From Spartobacteria bacterium (GTDB lineage: Bacteria > Verrucomicrobiota > Verrucomicrobiia > Chthoniobacterales > UBA10450): DNA of 64,000 bases. The notes beneath the pieces are model-generated. The model had not been told where the DNA came from. It did not search any database and worked only from the letters and a program-made list of their open reading frames with translations. Both the position numbers and the translations under genes were made by a program. The stretch spans positions 129,540 through 193,539 of the forward strand of contig PLCM01000031.1 in NCBI GenBank assembly GCA_003134765.1. The letters are read 5' to 3'. How positions within the stretch are numbered: position 1 is the stretch's first letter; each line of letters begins with the position of its first letter. Shown here piece after piece: positions 1-9,372 of the stretch.

Positions 1-546
1 GAGCAGCTCGCGCAGGTTGTCGCGTTTCGCCGAAGCCGCCATCCGCACCAGGGCCGCGATCCGTCGCCGATCCGAGAGGAGCTCGCGGATTTCCTCAACG
101 AACGTTTCGGTCACGAGGGCCTCGTTGAAAAACACCTCCCGCATTTTCGCTCTGAGCCAGGCGCGATCGGGCCGATGCGGCACGTGCCGTTCGTAACCGC
201 GCTCGAAAAGACCCGAGCTCCCGGTCAGAATGAGCCCTGCCACCCGCAACCGGGAACGCAAGGCCACATGCAAGGCCACGTGGCCGCCGAACGAGTTCCC
301 GCCTAAAATCACCCGGTCCATCCCATGGCGATCGAGAAAATCGGTCACATGGCTGACCACATGATCGAGATTGCGTTGGGCGCGGCTGGTTTCCTCCAGC
401 GGCAATCTCGGCGCGAACACCTCGCAGGAGCCGCCGAAATAACGCTAGCATTCATCCCAATCGGCCGGCTTCCCGAAGATGCCGTGAAGCAAAACCATCG
501 GCGGATACTCGCTTGCGCCTGCGCCTTCGCTCAGGTCCTGCCGCAT
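1..546 (-). pseudogene. alpha/beta-fold hydrolase, 3' end beyond window start, interrupted by one in-frame TAG (445-447)
   Basis: The minus-strand frame reads MRQDLSEGAGASEYPPMVLLHGIFGKPADWDEC-stop-RYFGGSCEVF...VILGGNSFGGHVALHVAL... It has an HG oxyanion motif and a GxSxG nucleophile elbow (GNSFG). The ATG is at 544-546. I checked every triplet from 1 to 546 and found only this one stop. The ORF is missing from the track because it runs off the window. Confidence 0.6.
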
Positions 547-678
547 CAGATCAGTAGCAGGACTGCCTCCGCCAAAGTCAAGGTTTTACCCGCGTGACGC
601 GCGGGAAGTTTCGGTGGATTGAGCACCACGCCTTGATTTTACTTCGCGGGCTTCTCTCTTTTTCGCAACACTTCAAAA

Positions 679-2358
679 ATGAAGATCCGAACGATTGCGC
701 TGTTTTCCTTCTTGCTCGCATCCCCCGGCTTCACCTTCGCCCAGAACAAGCCGCAGAATGCCCCGACGGAGTCACTCGATAAGCTAGCGGGAGATTTCTG
801 GGGTTGGCGGGCAAAATACGCACCATTTACAGGGGACGATGTAAATCGGATCGAGCGGCCGGGTGGAAGGCGCGATTGGTCGCGGGCTGCAGTCGACAAT
901 CGCCGGAGAGAGCTGGCGGAGTTCGAAGCGCGCTGGAAAAAAATCGACGCGAGCGGATGGCCTATTCCGCAGCAGGTTGATTATCGCTTGATTGGTTCGG
1001 CCCTGGCCCGGGTGCGGTGGGAGCTGGAGATCAATCCGCGCTGGCAACGCGACCCGACCTTCTACATCGAGCAGACGCTGACGCCACTGGTCGAAGCGCT
1101 GACCGTGCCCGCTCCCTACGATGAGCCCCGCAGTCGTGAAATTCTCACGCGCCTCGAAAACATCCCCGTAATTTTGCAGCAGAGCGAAGCGAATCTCGAA
1201 AAGCCGCCCGCGCCATTTGCGAGTGTCGCGATTCAGACACTCGACGGCGTGCGCGATCGCTTGCACAAAATGGCGGCGGCGTTGCGGAGCTCAACCACGC
1301 TCAAGGAACAGGAGTTAAGCGGCGCGGGCGATCGCGCAGCGGATGCGTTCGATCACTTTCGAGCAGTGCTTCAGGAGAAATTGCCATCGCTCCCGAACGA
1401 AACGGCGCCGGGTCGCGAGGCCTACGTCTTTTTTCTAAAGAACGTGGCCCTGCTTCCCTACTCACCGGAGGAACTTCTCGCGATGGGGCGACAGGAATGG
1501 AACCGCGCGGTCGCGTTTGAAACCTACGAGAAGGAACGCAATCGTGATGTCCCGCCACTCAAATTGGCCGAGAACACGGAGAGCTGGATAAAGGACGCGG
1601 CTGCGAAAGAATCCTCGATTCGCCAATTTCTGGACAAGCGCGGCATCCTGACCGTTCCGGATTGGGTGCAGCATTACACGCTGCGCGCGATGCCGGAGTA
1701 TTTGCACGCGCTCGAAGGCTTCAGCGAGACCGACGACTTCACCTCAGCATCGCGACTGAAAGAAAACTGCATTCGCTACACCGATCCGCCGTCACCGAAC
1801 CTTGGCTATTTCTGGCGTGCGACCGCACAGGATCCGCGGCCGATCATTGTTCACGAAGGAATTCCGGGCCATTATTTTCAGCTTTGTCTTTCCTGGAAAC
1901 ACGAGGACCCGATCCGCCGTCACTACTACGACTCGGGCGCGAACGAAGGCATAGGCTTTTACGCCGAGGAAATGATGTTACAGGCCGGTTTGTTCGACGA
2001 CAGCCCGCACTCTCGCGAGATCATCTACAACTTCATGCGCTTGCGCGCCCTCCGGGTGGAAGTGGACGTGCGCCTCGCGCTCGGCGAGTTCACCCTCGAG
2101 CAAGCTGCGAAATATCTCGAAGAAAAAGTGCCGATGGATCCCAAAACCGCGCGCCAGGAAGCGATCTCCTTCTCCACCGGCCCCGGCCAGGCGATCACCT
2201 ATCAGATCGGCAAACTTCAGATCATGAAATTCCTCGCCGAAGCACGGATGCAGCAGCGCGAGAAATTCAATCTCCGCGCCTTCCACGATTTCCTCTGGAA
2301 AAACGGCAACGTCCCGATCGCGTTGCAACGCTGGGAATATCTGGGCGCTCCCGAATAA
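679..2358 (+). CDS. DUF885-family secreted protein (metallopeptidase-like)
   Basis: 559-aa ORF with signal peptide MKIRTIALFSFLLASPGFTFA. It carries the HEGIPGHYFQ motif that I recognise from DUF885 proteins. Confidence 0.75.
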   Translation: MKIRTIALFSFLLASPGFTFAQNKPQNAPTESLDKLAGDFWGWRAKYAPFTGDDVNRIERPGGRRDWSRAAVDNRRRELAEFEARWKKIDASGWPIPQQVDYRLIGSALARVRWELEINPRWQRDPTFYIEQTLTPLVEALTVPAPYDEPRSREILTRLENIPVILQQSEANLEKPPAPFASVAIQTLDGVRDRLHKMAAALRSSTTLKEQELSGAGDRAADAFDHFRAVLQEKLPSLPNETAPGREAYVFFLKNVALLPYSPEELLAMGRQEWNRAVAFETYEKERNRDVPPLKLAENTESWIKDAAAKESSIRQFLDKRGILTVPDWVQHYTLRAMPEYLHALEGFSETDDFTSASRLKENCIRYTDPPSPNLGYFWRATAQDPRPIIVHEGIPGHYFQLCLSWKHEDPIRRHYYDSGANEGIGFYAEEMMLQAGLFDDSPHSREIIYNFMRLRALRVEVDVRLALGEFTLEQAAKYLEEKVPMDPKTARQEAISFSTGPGQAITYQIGKLQIMKFLAEARMQQREKFNLRAFHDFLWKNGNVPIALQRWEYLGAPE

Positions 2359-2397
2359 TCGGTGGATTAGCATCGTGCGACGAAGCGCACGATCCAA

Positions 2398-2823
2398 CTA
2401 ATCGACGATTTCGAGGCCCATCTGGCGGGCGGTGCCGGCGATGACGCGGAAGCCGGCTTCGTCGCTCCGCGAATTCAGATCTTTGGCCTTCAACTTCACA
2501 ATGTCCATCACCTGCTTGCGGGTCACTTTGCCGACTTTCGTCTTGTTCGGCTCTTTCGAACCGGCGGCGATGTTCGCGGCTTTCTTTAACAGGATCGCGG
2601 CGGGCGGACTCTTGGTGATGAAGGTGAAAGACTTGTCCTTAAAAACAGTGATAACGACGGGCAGAATGTCGCCGGCCTGTTTCTGGGTGGCGGCGTTAAA
2701 TTCCTTGCAGAACGCCATGATGTTGACGCCGCGCGGTCCGAGCGCGGTGCCGACGGGAGGGGCCGGGTTCGCCTGGCCGGCCGGGATCTGCAGTTTGATG
2801 TGAGCTACGATTTCCTTCGCCAT
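2398..2823 (-). CDS. rplK: 50S ribosomal protein L11
   Basis: [44 protein letters not shown] is a canonical L11 N-terminus. It lies in the expected position downstream of nusG. Confidence 0.97.
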   Translation of the reverse strand: MAKEIVAHIKLQIPAGQANPAPPVGTALGPRGVNIMAFCKEFNAATQKQAGDILPVVITVFKDKSFTFITKSPPAAILLKKAANIAAGSKEPNKTKVGKVTRKQVMDIVKLKAKDLNSRSDEAGFRVIAGTARQMGLEIVD

Positions 2824-2833
2824 AAATTATTTT

Positions 2834-2906
2834 GTCATTCCGAGCGCAGTCGAGGAATCCCGTCGCTCGTTCCTCTACGGGATGTCTCGACTTCGCTCGA
2901 CATGAC
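2834..2906. repeat. Palindromic intergenic element, GTCATyCyGAG...CTCGACATGAC family (copy A1)
   Basis: gtcattccgagcgcagtcgaggaatccc ... gggatgtctcgacttcgctcgacatgac forms imperfect inverted halves. Related copies are at 3899-3985 and 44704-44794. Confidence 0.8.
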
Positions 2907-2914
2907 TGGTTGTT

Positions 2915-3484
2915 TTAGCCCCGTTCCACCTGCCAATATTCGAGTTCCACCGGAGTGGCGCGGCCAAAGATGGTGACGGAGACGCGGAGCTTGCCGCGAT
3001 CCGGGTCGATCTCTTCGACGATGCCGTTCTGGTTTTGGAAAGGTCCGTCGGCCACTTTCACGGTCTCGCCGACTTCGAAGCTGACTTTCGGTTTCACCTT
3101 CTCTTCGCGCTCCTGCATCTGGGCGAGCATGTTGTCGACTTCGGTCTTCCGCATCGGGATCGGTTTGTCTTTTGTGCCGGCAAAGCCGATGACGCCGGTG
3201 GTTTCGCGAATGAAATACCAGGTCCGGCCGACGAGCTGATTATTCTCATCGAGCAGGTGCATGTTCACGATCAAATAGCCGGGAAAAAATTTCCGGGTCG
3301 TCTCGCTTTTCTTGCCGCGCTTGATTTCCGAAACGCGCTCCGTCGGGACGAGGACTTTGAAAATCACGTCGCTCATTTCCTCGGTCTTGACGCGCTTCTC
3401 GATGTTGTCGCGCACCTTGTTTTCCTGGCCGGAAAGGACATGGACGACGAACCACTGATCTTTGGGAGCGAGAACGGAGGCCAT
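2915..3484 (-). CDS. nusG: Transcription termination/antitermination factor NusG
   Basis: [24 protein letters not shown]... followed by a KOW-like C-terminus. I chose the ATG at 3482-3484 because the longer ORF extension (to 3523) is encoded by repeat element 3496-3552. Confidence 0.93.
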   Translation of the reverse strand: MASVLAPKDQWFVVHVLSGQENKVRDNIEKRVKTEEMSDVIFKVLVPTERVSEIKRGKKSETTRKFFPGYLIVNMHLLDENNQLVGRTWYFIRETTGVIGFAGTKDKPIPMRKTEVDNMLAQMQEREEKVKPKVSFEVGETVKVADGPFQNQNGIVEEIDPDRGKLRVSVTIFGRATPVELEYWQVERG

Positions 3485-3495
3485 GTCAGTGAAGT

Positions 3496-3552
3496 GGTAG
3501 GGCGCGACCGCTGCGTGCGCCACCGCGGACGCCGCAGCGCGGCGTCCCTACC
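3496..3552. repeat. Palindromic element, GGTAGGG...CCCTACC family (copy B1)
   Basis: ggtagggcgcgaccgctgcgtgcgccaccgcggacgccgcagcgcggcgtccctacc. It is related to the copies at 9300-9372, 53682-53733 and 61636-61687. Confidence 0.75.
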
Positions 3553-3579
3553 ATTTTGGTGGTGAGCGTAGAACCCATG

Positions 3580-3798
3580 TCAGTGAATCCGGGTGAAGAA
3601 GTGGATGAAATTGATCAGAACGAAATCAAAAAGAGCGACGTAACCGCCGAGGAGCAACATCGCGATGATGACGACGAGAGTGGAATCCGTGAGCTCCTTG
3701 AAGCGGCGAATTCCCTTGTCCTTGGATTCCCACGGCCACGACGCCTTCTGCAGCTCGGTGCGGACTTCGCCGAAGAAATTTTTCGTTTTCGTGATCAT
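3580..3798 (-). CDS. secE: Preprotein translocase subunit SecE
   Basis: 72 aa with one C-terminal TM helix (LVVIIAMLLLGGYVALFDFVLI). It occupies the conserved position between tRNA-Trp and nusG. Confidence 0.85.
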   Translation of the reverse strand: MITKTKNFFGEVRTELQKASWPWESKDKGIRRFKELTDSTLVVIIAMLLLGGYVALFDFVLINFIHFFTRIH

Positions 3799-3815
3799 GG
3801 GAACATTTCAAAAAC

Positions 3816-3888
3816 CAGGTCAGGAGGGACTCGAACCCCCAACCGACGGTTTTGGAGACCGCTACTCTACCAATTGAGCTACTGACCT
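3816..3888 (-). tRNA. tRNA-Trp (anticodon CCA)
   Basis: The reverse complement aggtcagtagctcaattggtagagtagcggtctCCAaaaccgtcggttgggggttcgagtccctcctgacctg folds as a cloverleaf. The 7-bp acceptor stem is AGGTCAG/CTGACCT, there is a TPsiC arm GGGGG-TTCGAGT-CCCTC (one T-G wobble), and the anticodon loop is CT-CCA-AA. The 3' CCA is not encoded. Confidence 0.9.
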
Positions 3889-3898
3889 AATTCGTTTT

Positions 3899-3985
3899 GT
3901 CATTCTGAGCGAAGCGTAGCGTAGTCGAAGAATCCCGAGGGCGCCCAGTGTTTCCACGGGATGTCTCGACTTCGCTCGACATGAC
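3899..3985. repeat. Palindromic intergenic element, GTCATyCyGAG family (copy A2)
   Basis: gtcattctgagcgaagcgtagcgtagtcgaagaatccc ... gggatgtctcgacttcgctcgacatgac. It fills the whole tuf to tRNA-Trp spacer. Confidence 0.8.
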
Positions 3986-3986
3986 A

Positions 3987-5180
3987 TTAGTCCAGAATCT
4001 CCGCAACCCGACCGGCGCCGACGGTCTTGCCGCCTTCGCGAATCGCGAACCGGATGGTTTTCTCCATCGCGATCGGTGTGATCAATTCCACCTCGACCGA
4101 AACGTTGTCGCCGGGCATGACCATTTCCACGCCTTCGGCGAGTTTCACGGTCCCGGTCACGTCGGTCGTGCGGAAATAAAATTGCGGCCGGTAATTGGTG
4201 AAGAACGGCGTGTGACGGCCGCCTTCCTCCTTGCTCAGCACGTAAACTTCCGCCTTGAATTTCTTGTGCGGCGTAATGCTGCCGGGCTTGGCGATGACCT
4301 GCCCGCGCATGACGTCTTCCTTCTTCACGCCGCGGAGGAGCACACCGACGTTGTCGCCCGCGCGCGCTTCGTCGAGCAGCTTCCGGAACATTTCGATGTC
4401 GGTCGCGGTCGTCTTCATCGTGTCCTTGAGGCCGACGATCTCGACTTCCTCCATCTTCTTGAGAATGCCGCGCTCGACACGACCAGTCGCGACGGTGCCG
4501 CGGCCTTCAATGTTGAACACGTCTTCGACCGGCATCAGGAACGGCAGGTCGATCGGGCGCTCCGGAACGGGGATGTAATCGTCCACCGCGGCGATCAGAT
4601 CGAGGATGCACTTGGCGTCCGGCGCCGCAGGGTCGCCGGCGGCCAGCGCCTTGGTCGCACTGCCCTTGACGATCGGGATCTTGTCGCCTGGAAATTCATA
4701 TTGGGTGAGCAGATCGCGCACTTCCATCTCGACGAGATCGAGAAGCTCGGGATCGTCCACCATGTCGGTCTTGTTCAGGAACACAACGATGGCTGGCACG
4801 CCGACCTGGCGGGCAAGCAGGATGTGTTCGCGGGTCTGCGGCATCGGCCCGTCGGCCGCCGAGACCACGAGGATCGCACCGTCCATCTGGGCGGCTCCGG
4901 TGATCATGTTTTTGACATAGTCAGCGTGGCCGGGGCAATCGACGTGGGCGTAGTGGCGCTTGTCGCTCTGGTACTCCACGTGCGCGGTGTTGATCGTAAT
5001 CCCGCGCTCTTTTTCCTCGGGCGCGTTGTCGATCGAATCGTAGGCGCGGGCCTCAGCCTGTCCCTTTTTTGACAGCACGGTAGTGATCGCGGCGGTCAGG
5101 GTGGTCTTGCCGTGGTCGACGTGTCCGATTGTGCCGACATTGATGTGCGGCTTGTCGCGTTTAAATGCTTCCTTAGCCAT
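3987..5180 (-). CDS. tuf: Elongation factor Tu
   Basis: [28 protein letters not shown]... over 397 aa. The ATG at 5178-5180 was verified. The 38-codon upstream extension in the ORF track overlaps tRNA-Thr. Confidence 0.98.
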   Translation of the reverse strand: MAKEAFKRDKPHINVGTIGHVDHGKTTLTAAITTVLSKKGQAEARAYDSIDNAPEEKERGITINTAHVEYQSDKRHYAHVDCPGHADYVKNMITGAAQMDGAILVVSAADGPMPQTREHILLARQVGVPAIVVFLNKTDMVDDPELLDLVEMEVRDLLTQYEFPGDKIPIVKGSATKALAAGDPAAPDAKCILDLIAAVDDYIPVPERPIDLPFLMPVEDVFNIEGRGTVATGRVERGILKKMEEVEIVGLKDTMKTTATDIEMFRKLLDEARAGDNVGVLLRGVKKEDVMRGQVIAKPGSITPHKKFKAEVYVLSKEEGGRHTPFFTNYRPQFYFRTTDVTGTVKLAEGVEMVMPGDNVSVEVELITPIAMEKTIRFAIREGGKTVGAGRVAEILD

Positions 5181-5249
5181 CTGGTGTTCCTCTTTTTTAA
5201 AACTAACTGCGTCTTTTTGGGTTTCCTGGCCGGCCGCGAGCCCCACTGC

Positions 5250-5325
5250 TGGAGCCCATGATCGGGATTGAACCGATGACCTCGTCCTTACCAAGGACGT
5301 GCTCTACCAACTGAGCTACATGGGC
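5250..5325 (-). tRNA. tRNA-Thr (anticodon GGU)
   Basis: The reverse complement is gcccatgtagctcagttggtagagcacgtcctTGGTAAggacgaggtcatcggttcaatcccgatcatgggctcca. The acceptor stem is GCCCATG/CATGGGC, the anticodon loop TTGGTAA gives GGT, and the CCA is encoded. Confidence 0.9.
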
Positions 5326-5576
5326 CGCTCCTTCTCATTGCTCGCTCGCCCCGCCGAAGCGGAACGAACCGGTCGCTCCTGCGGTAAGAAGTAAAAGTCC
5401 CAGAGTCGTCAAACTTCCGTTCTGAACGACCATGGGACCTCGTTTCGTTCTCCGAAAAAGCGTCGGCAAGCTAGCAGCGGGCTCGGGGGTGTCAAAGAAA
5501 TTATTGGAACCGGCGCGCTTTGGGTTTGCAAAGTCTCGAAGCCAAACGGCCTGAGGCCAGGCCGTCTCCATTCGCC

Positions 5577-6392
5577 TTAATACCCGCGGTTTTTCCGGCG
5601 CGAGATGATCACAATGATCAGGATAAGCACGACCAAAGCGGCCACGCCGATCCCGATCTTCATCCGCATGTCCATCGGCTCGGGTGCGGGGGCCACGGTC
5701 GGCGAAGGCGCTGGCGCCGGCGCCTGAGCGACCGGCTTCGAGGCGGCCATCTTGGCCCGCACGAACTGAAGCCGCTGCGTCGTGTCGAAATCGTCCGGTT
5801 TCAGTTTTAGCGCCGCTTCGAGATCTGGCAGGGCGCTGGCAAAATCGTTCTTCGCTACGTAGGCGTCGGCCCGTCGATTAAAAGTCAGCGGGTTGGTCTG
5901 AACTTTTTCGATGCTGGCGGTGTAATCTTTGATCGCCTCGTCGTACTTCCTCAAATTGTAGTAAGCGAAACCGCGACGATCGTAACAGATGGGATTGGCG
6001 GGATTCAGCTCGACGGCCTTGTTGTAGTCCACCAGCGCTTCATCGAACTTATTCTGGGACATCTGGGTCTGGCCGCGCTCGATGTAGCCGGTTTCGCTCT
6101 TCGGCGCGAGCGTGATCGCCTTGTCGAAATCGGCGATCGCTTCCACGAATTTGCTCATCGCGCGGTAAACCCGACCCCGGTCATTGTAGAGGCGCGGATC
6201 GCTCGAGCTGAGCTCGATCGCCTTGTTAAATTCGACGATCGCCTCGTCATATTTCGCGGCTTGCGCCAGCTCGTTTCCTTTATTGCCGTGCGCCGCGGCC
6301 GCGGCCGGGTCGGCGCCATACGTGCGATTCGTCGTTGCAAAAATCAGCAGGCCGGCGGCCAGCAACGCAATTGGGTTCTTCGGGATATTCAT
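5577..6392 (-). CDS. TPR-repeat protein with signal peptide and C-terminal TM anchor
   Basis: It has repeated 34-aa A..Y.kAIel.P motifs, a Pro/Ala-rich linker and the terminal helix IGIGVAALVVLILIIVIISRRK. Confidence 0.8.
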   Translation of the reverse strand: MNIPKNPIALLAAGLLIFATTNRTYGADPAAAAAHGNKGNELAQAAKYDEAIVEFNKAIELSSSDPRLYNDRGRVYRAMSKFVEAIADFDKAITLAPKSETGYIERGQTQMSQNKFDEALVDYNKAVELNPANPICYDRRGFAYYNLRKYDEAIKDYTASIEKVQTNPLTFNRRADAYVAKNDFASALPDLEAALKLKPDDFDTTQRLQFVRAKMAASKPVAQAPAPAPSPTVAPAPEPMDMRMKIGIGVAALVVLILIIVIISRRKNRGY

Positions 6393-6557
6393 ATTGCTCC
6401 TTCGGATACGGTGAGGTGAGGGGTCGCCTTTTTAGTCAACGATCTGCGCCACAGGAAGCTTAATCGCTTGCCGTCATCTCGCGCTGTAGTCGCCCGCTTT
6501 GTCGGGGCGTCGGGTTACGCGGCGACAGAGCGCCGCGGCTATAGCGCGTGTTCTCCG

Positions 6558-7454
6558 CTAATGAGGCGAAGCCGCCGGCGGCGCCAGGGAAGGCGCCTTC
6601 GCGGAGGACGTGGCCGGAGCCGTCGTCGGCGCAGGCGGTGCCGCAGGAGACGGGGACGCGTTCGCGCGCGTTTCAAGCGCCTTCAGCCGGCTTTGAGCAT
6701 CGACGTCATCCGGCTTGATTTTCAGGATCGCCCTGAAATCCTCGCCTGCCTTCACACTGTCGCCCGCCATGATGTAAGCCTGGGCCCGGCGCCTATATCC
6801 ATCCGCATCCTTCGGGTCGATCGCGATCGCTTTCGTGTAATCGGCGATTGCTTCCTTAAATTTTTTCAGATTCCGATTGGCAAAGGCGCGTCGTTCCCAG
6901 GCATCCCCGTCGGTTGGGACCTTTTGGACGACCACGCTGTAATCATCGATGGCCTTTTGCCATTCGCTTTTCGAAATATAGACGAACCCACGGAAACGCC
7001 GGGCATTCGGATCGTTCGGGTTGATTTGAAGGGCCTTATCAAAATCCGCCAGGGCGTTGTCCTGCTGCTTTTGCTGAAGCAGCACTTCGCCCCGGCCGAT
7101 GTACCCGGCGACGCTTTGCGGGGCCAGCTCGATCGACTTCGAGTAATCGGTAAAAGCCTCGCTGAATTTATTGAGGCCGCGATAGGCCGTAGCGCGATTG
7201 AAATAGTTCTTCGATTCCTGCGGCGCCGCTTCGATCGCCTTGGTGAATTCTTCGACGGCTTTGTCGTATTCTTTTTTCTTGGCAAACTCCACCCCAAGCG
7301 CCGAATGGCCGCCTGGATCTTTCGGATTCGCCGGCGTGTTTCCCTGCGCCTGCGGCGCCGGCGCACGCTTTTTGGCGGCCTGCAAATTTTCTCCCGGATA
7401 CGCGATGAGGGCGATCGCAAGGCCGACCACGGTCCCGAATCTGTAAGTATTCAT
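6558..7454 (-). CDS. TPR-repeat protein, secreted
   Basis: MNTYRFGTVVGLAIALIAY signal or anchor, several TPR units and a Pro/Ala-rich tail. The ATG at 7452-7454 was verified. Confidence 0.8.
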   Translation of the reverse strand: MNTYRFGTVVGLAIALIAYPGENLQAAKKRAPAPQAQGNTPANPKDPGGHSALGVEFAKKKEYDKAVEEFTKAIEAAPQESKNYFNRATAYRGLNKFSEAFTDYSKSIELAPQSVAGYIGRGEVLLQQKQQDNALADFDKALQINPNDPNARRFRGFVYISKSEWQKAIDDYSVVVQKVPTDGDAWERRAFANRNLKKFKEAIADYTKAIAIDPKDADGYRRRAQAYIMAGDSVKAGEDFRAILKIKPDDVDAQSRLKALETRANASPSPAAPPAPTTAPATSSAKAPSLAPPAASPH

Positions 7455-7546
7455 GTGTGTCTCACCTATTAGAGGGAGACGCAAAACGATTGCAAGCCGG
7501 CGCTACTCTGTTTCGAATGGGTCCCCTTGGCCGAAAGGGGCCGCAA

Positions 7547-8488
7547 ATGATGAAACAGGACAGAGAGACATTCTCGGGTGGCTATTTCGCCGTTTTCGCA
7601 ACGGTCGTCATCTGGTCGACCCCCTCGCTCTTTCAGTTCTATCTCATTCGTTATTATGAACCCTGGTCGCAAAACTTTTACCGTTACCTGGTTGGGTTTC
7701 TGGCGGTCCTGCCTTTCGTGCTGCTGCGATTTCGCCAGGGCGGCCCGCGGTTGAACGCGCAGGTTTTTCTGGCGTGCCTTATTCCTTCGCTGCCCAACGT
7801 TGTCCATCAAATCAGCCAAACCGTCGCGCTCTACCACATGGGGCCCGGCGTCTACGCGATCTTCGGACGCTCCTCCGTTATCTTCACCGCCCTCCTCGCC
7901 CTCGTTTTTTTCCCGGAGGAACGAGGAATCATTCGGCAATGGCAATTTCAACTGGGAACGGGCCTGGGGCTCATCGGGGCAGTCGGCGTGGTTTGCTTTC
8001 AAAAAGGCTGGCAGGCGGGCTCAGTCCCGTTGCGTGGCTTCGCTATCGCCTTCACCGCCAGTTTTTGCTGGGCGCTTTACAGCGTCCTGGTGAAGCGGCC
8101 CTCCGCGCGGCTCGGCCCGATCCGCAGTTTCGGCGTCATCAGTTTCATCACCTCAATGCTGTTGTTGCCGCTCACCCTTGCGTTCGGCCGGATCGAGACT
8201 CCCTTGCGGGTGGACGCCGGCGTAAACATCATCCTGATCGTTTCCGCCGTGACGTGTATCAGTCTGGCCCACGTCTTGTATTACGTGGCAATTCGCAAGG
8301 TCGGCGTCGCCCTGTCCCAGACCCTCCAGCTGATCTGCCCTGCCGGAGCGCTCGGACTTTCCGCTCTCTTTTTTGGCGAACGCCTCACCCAGGGGCAGCT
8401 CTGCAGCGCGGGATTGCTGCTTTTCGGAGCGTATCTTGCCATGCGAGTGAAACCGCCCGCAGACCCGGCGGCGCTGGAGGAAGTTTGA
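7547..8488 (+). CDS. EamA/DMT-family transporter
   Basis: About 10 predicted TM helices arranged in two halves. I chose the ATG at 7547, preceded by aagggg. The upstream extension looks non-coding. Confidence 0.7.
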   Translation: MMKQDRETFSGGYFAVFATVVIWSTPSLFQFYLIRYYEPWSQNFYRYLVGFLAVLPFVLLRFRQGGPRLNAQVFLACLIPSLPNVVHQISQTVALYHMGPGVYAIFGRSSVIFTALLALVFFPEERGIIRQWQFQLGTGLGLIGAVGVVCFQKGWQAGSVPLRGFAIAFTASFCWALYSVLVKRPSARLGPIRSFGVISFITSMLLLPLTLAFGRIETPLRVDAGVNIILIVSAVTCISLAHVLYYVAIRKVGVALSQTLQLICPAGALGLSALFFGERLTQGQLCSAGLLLFGAYLAMRVKPPADPAALEEV

Positions 8489-8506
8489 CTTTCCGTCGAT
8501 GCCGTT

Positions 8507-8570
8507 CAAGGAGCGGCGGTTTGAAACCGCCGTTTGTTTAGGACGGCGATTTTGAAATCGCCGCTCCTTG
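8507..8570. repeat. Long imperfect hairpin between convergent genes (possible bidirectional terminator)
   Basis: caaggagcggcg (8507-8518) pairs with cgccgctccttg (8559-8570). Inner pairing is ccgccgt/acggcgg-like. There is no clear T-run. Confidence 0.5.
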
Positions 8571-8981
8571 AGGCAAGCAAAACGTCCGCCGCGCCAAGTC
8601 GGAACCAAGCTGTTCCGCGCCATACCATTTCTCCAGACAGCGCTTGTCGAAGAGATCGGCATTAGTCCTCTTGAACGCCGGCCAATCTTGCGCATCGCCG
8701 CGCGCGCGGCGTTCGTTGATCAAAGCGAGGGACGCGACCGTGATCGTCTCATGATAAACCTGCGGCCGGCCCGCCTTCGCCGCCAGCAATCTCAGGCCTC
8801 GCGAAAATCGATCCACGGCGACGCCGAAGGAATGGTGACCCAGCATTTCGTAGCCGAGGCGGACGTGCTCTGAGTGCGGAAACCTGGCAGGGTCGAGCGC
8901 GCCTGTTTCGAGTGCGTCCAACTCTTCTGTAGCCGCTTTGCGGCGCAACGCGCCGGCTGTTTGAAACTCAACTCCGGGCAT
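8538..8981 (-). CDS. Hypothetical protein (147 aa)
   Basis: ORF MPGVEFQTAGALRRKAATEELDALETG...HETITVASLALINERRARGD... I recognise no family. It overlaps the stop of the upstream small ORF by 14 nt. Confidence 0.45.
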   Translation of the reverse strand: MPGVEFQTAGALRRKAATEELDALETGALDPARFPHSEHVRLGYEMLGHHSFGVAVDRFSRGLRLLAAKAGRPQVYHETITVASLALINERRARGDAQDWPAFKRTNADLFDKRCLEKWYGAEQLGSDLARRTFCLPQGAAISKSPS

Positions 8982-9246
8982 CGCGCTCCTCGACAAGTTG
9001 GTGGCTGTCCCTCGCCGTCAAAGTCAGTCCGTGAACGGTCTTGAAACGTTTGATGTGCCCGAGCGTCTCGGCCGAAAAAGGGGCTTTGCCTTCCAGGGCG
9101 TGCAGGGTGATTCCCTCCAGGAGATCGCCGAGCGAAAGATCGAGATAGTCGGCCAGCCCGCGCAGGACTTTGACCAGGCTTTTTTCCATGCGCGCCCCGA
9201 CCTGGACTCGTTCGACTCGCTTCGGTGAATGGGTCTTGCTCTTCAT
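8968..9246 (-). CDS. Small putative DNA-binding protein (ribbon-helix-helix-like by eye)
   Basis: 92 aa. KRVERVQVGARMEKSLVKVLRGLADYLDLSLGDLLE resembles a beta-strand plus two-helix RHH pattern. Assignment is weak. Confidence 0.4.
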   Translation of the reverse strand: MKSKTHSPKRVERVQVGARMEKSLVKVLRGLADYLDLSLGDLLEGITLHALEGKAPFSAETLGHIKRFKTVHGLTLTARDSHQLVEERDARS

Positions 9247-9299
9247 CGTGTTACCATGTTACCAAGGTAGCAAAAGAACGCAAATCTTTCTTTTCTTTT

Positions 9300-9372
9300 G
9301 GTAGGGACGGCGCGGTGCGCCGTCCGCCGTGGATCCTCAACCGAGCGGACGCCGCAGCGCGGCGTCCCTACC
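9300..9372. repeat. Palindromic element, GGTAGGG...CCCTACC family (copy B2, long form)
   Basis: ggtagggacggcgcggtgcgccgtccgcc...gagcggacgccgcagcgcggcgtccctacc. It overlaps the stop codon of the VWA gene. Confidence 0.75.

Noticed and set aside
3948-5072. Long ORFs antisense to well-identified genes. Examples: 3948-5072 (opposite tuf), 6468-7472 (opposite the TPR gene), 29200-30480 (opposite parA and the LanB-like gene), 44832-45917 (opposite glmS), 47983-49431 (opposite phoR), 23833-24480, 24517-25173 and 27687-28565.
   Set aside because: Each overlaps a gene with unmistakable motifs on the other strand. Their translations are Arg/Gly/Pro-rich low-complexity sequence, typical of antisense frames in GC-rich DNA. 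None has a recognisable domain.
5397-5495. Sigma-70-like promoter TTGACA-N16-TAGCTT (minus strand, 5468-5495) for tRNA-Thr and tuf
   Set aside because: A hairpin followed by a T-run on the minus strand (5393-5438) lies between this motif and the tRNA, which is inconsistent with a simple promoter assignment. The match could be chance. I also considered the small ORF MVVQNGSLTTLGLLLLTAGATG... in this spacer, and it has no support.
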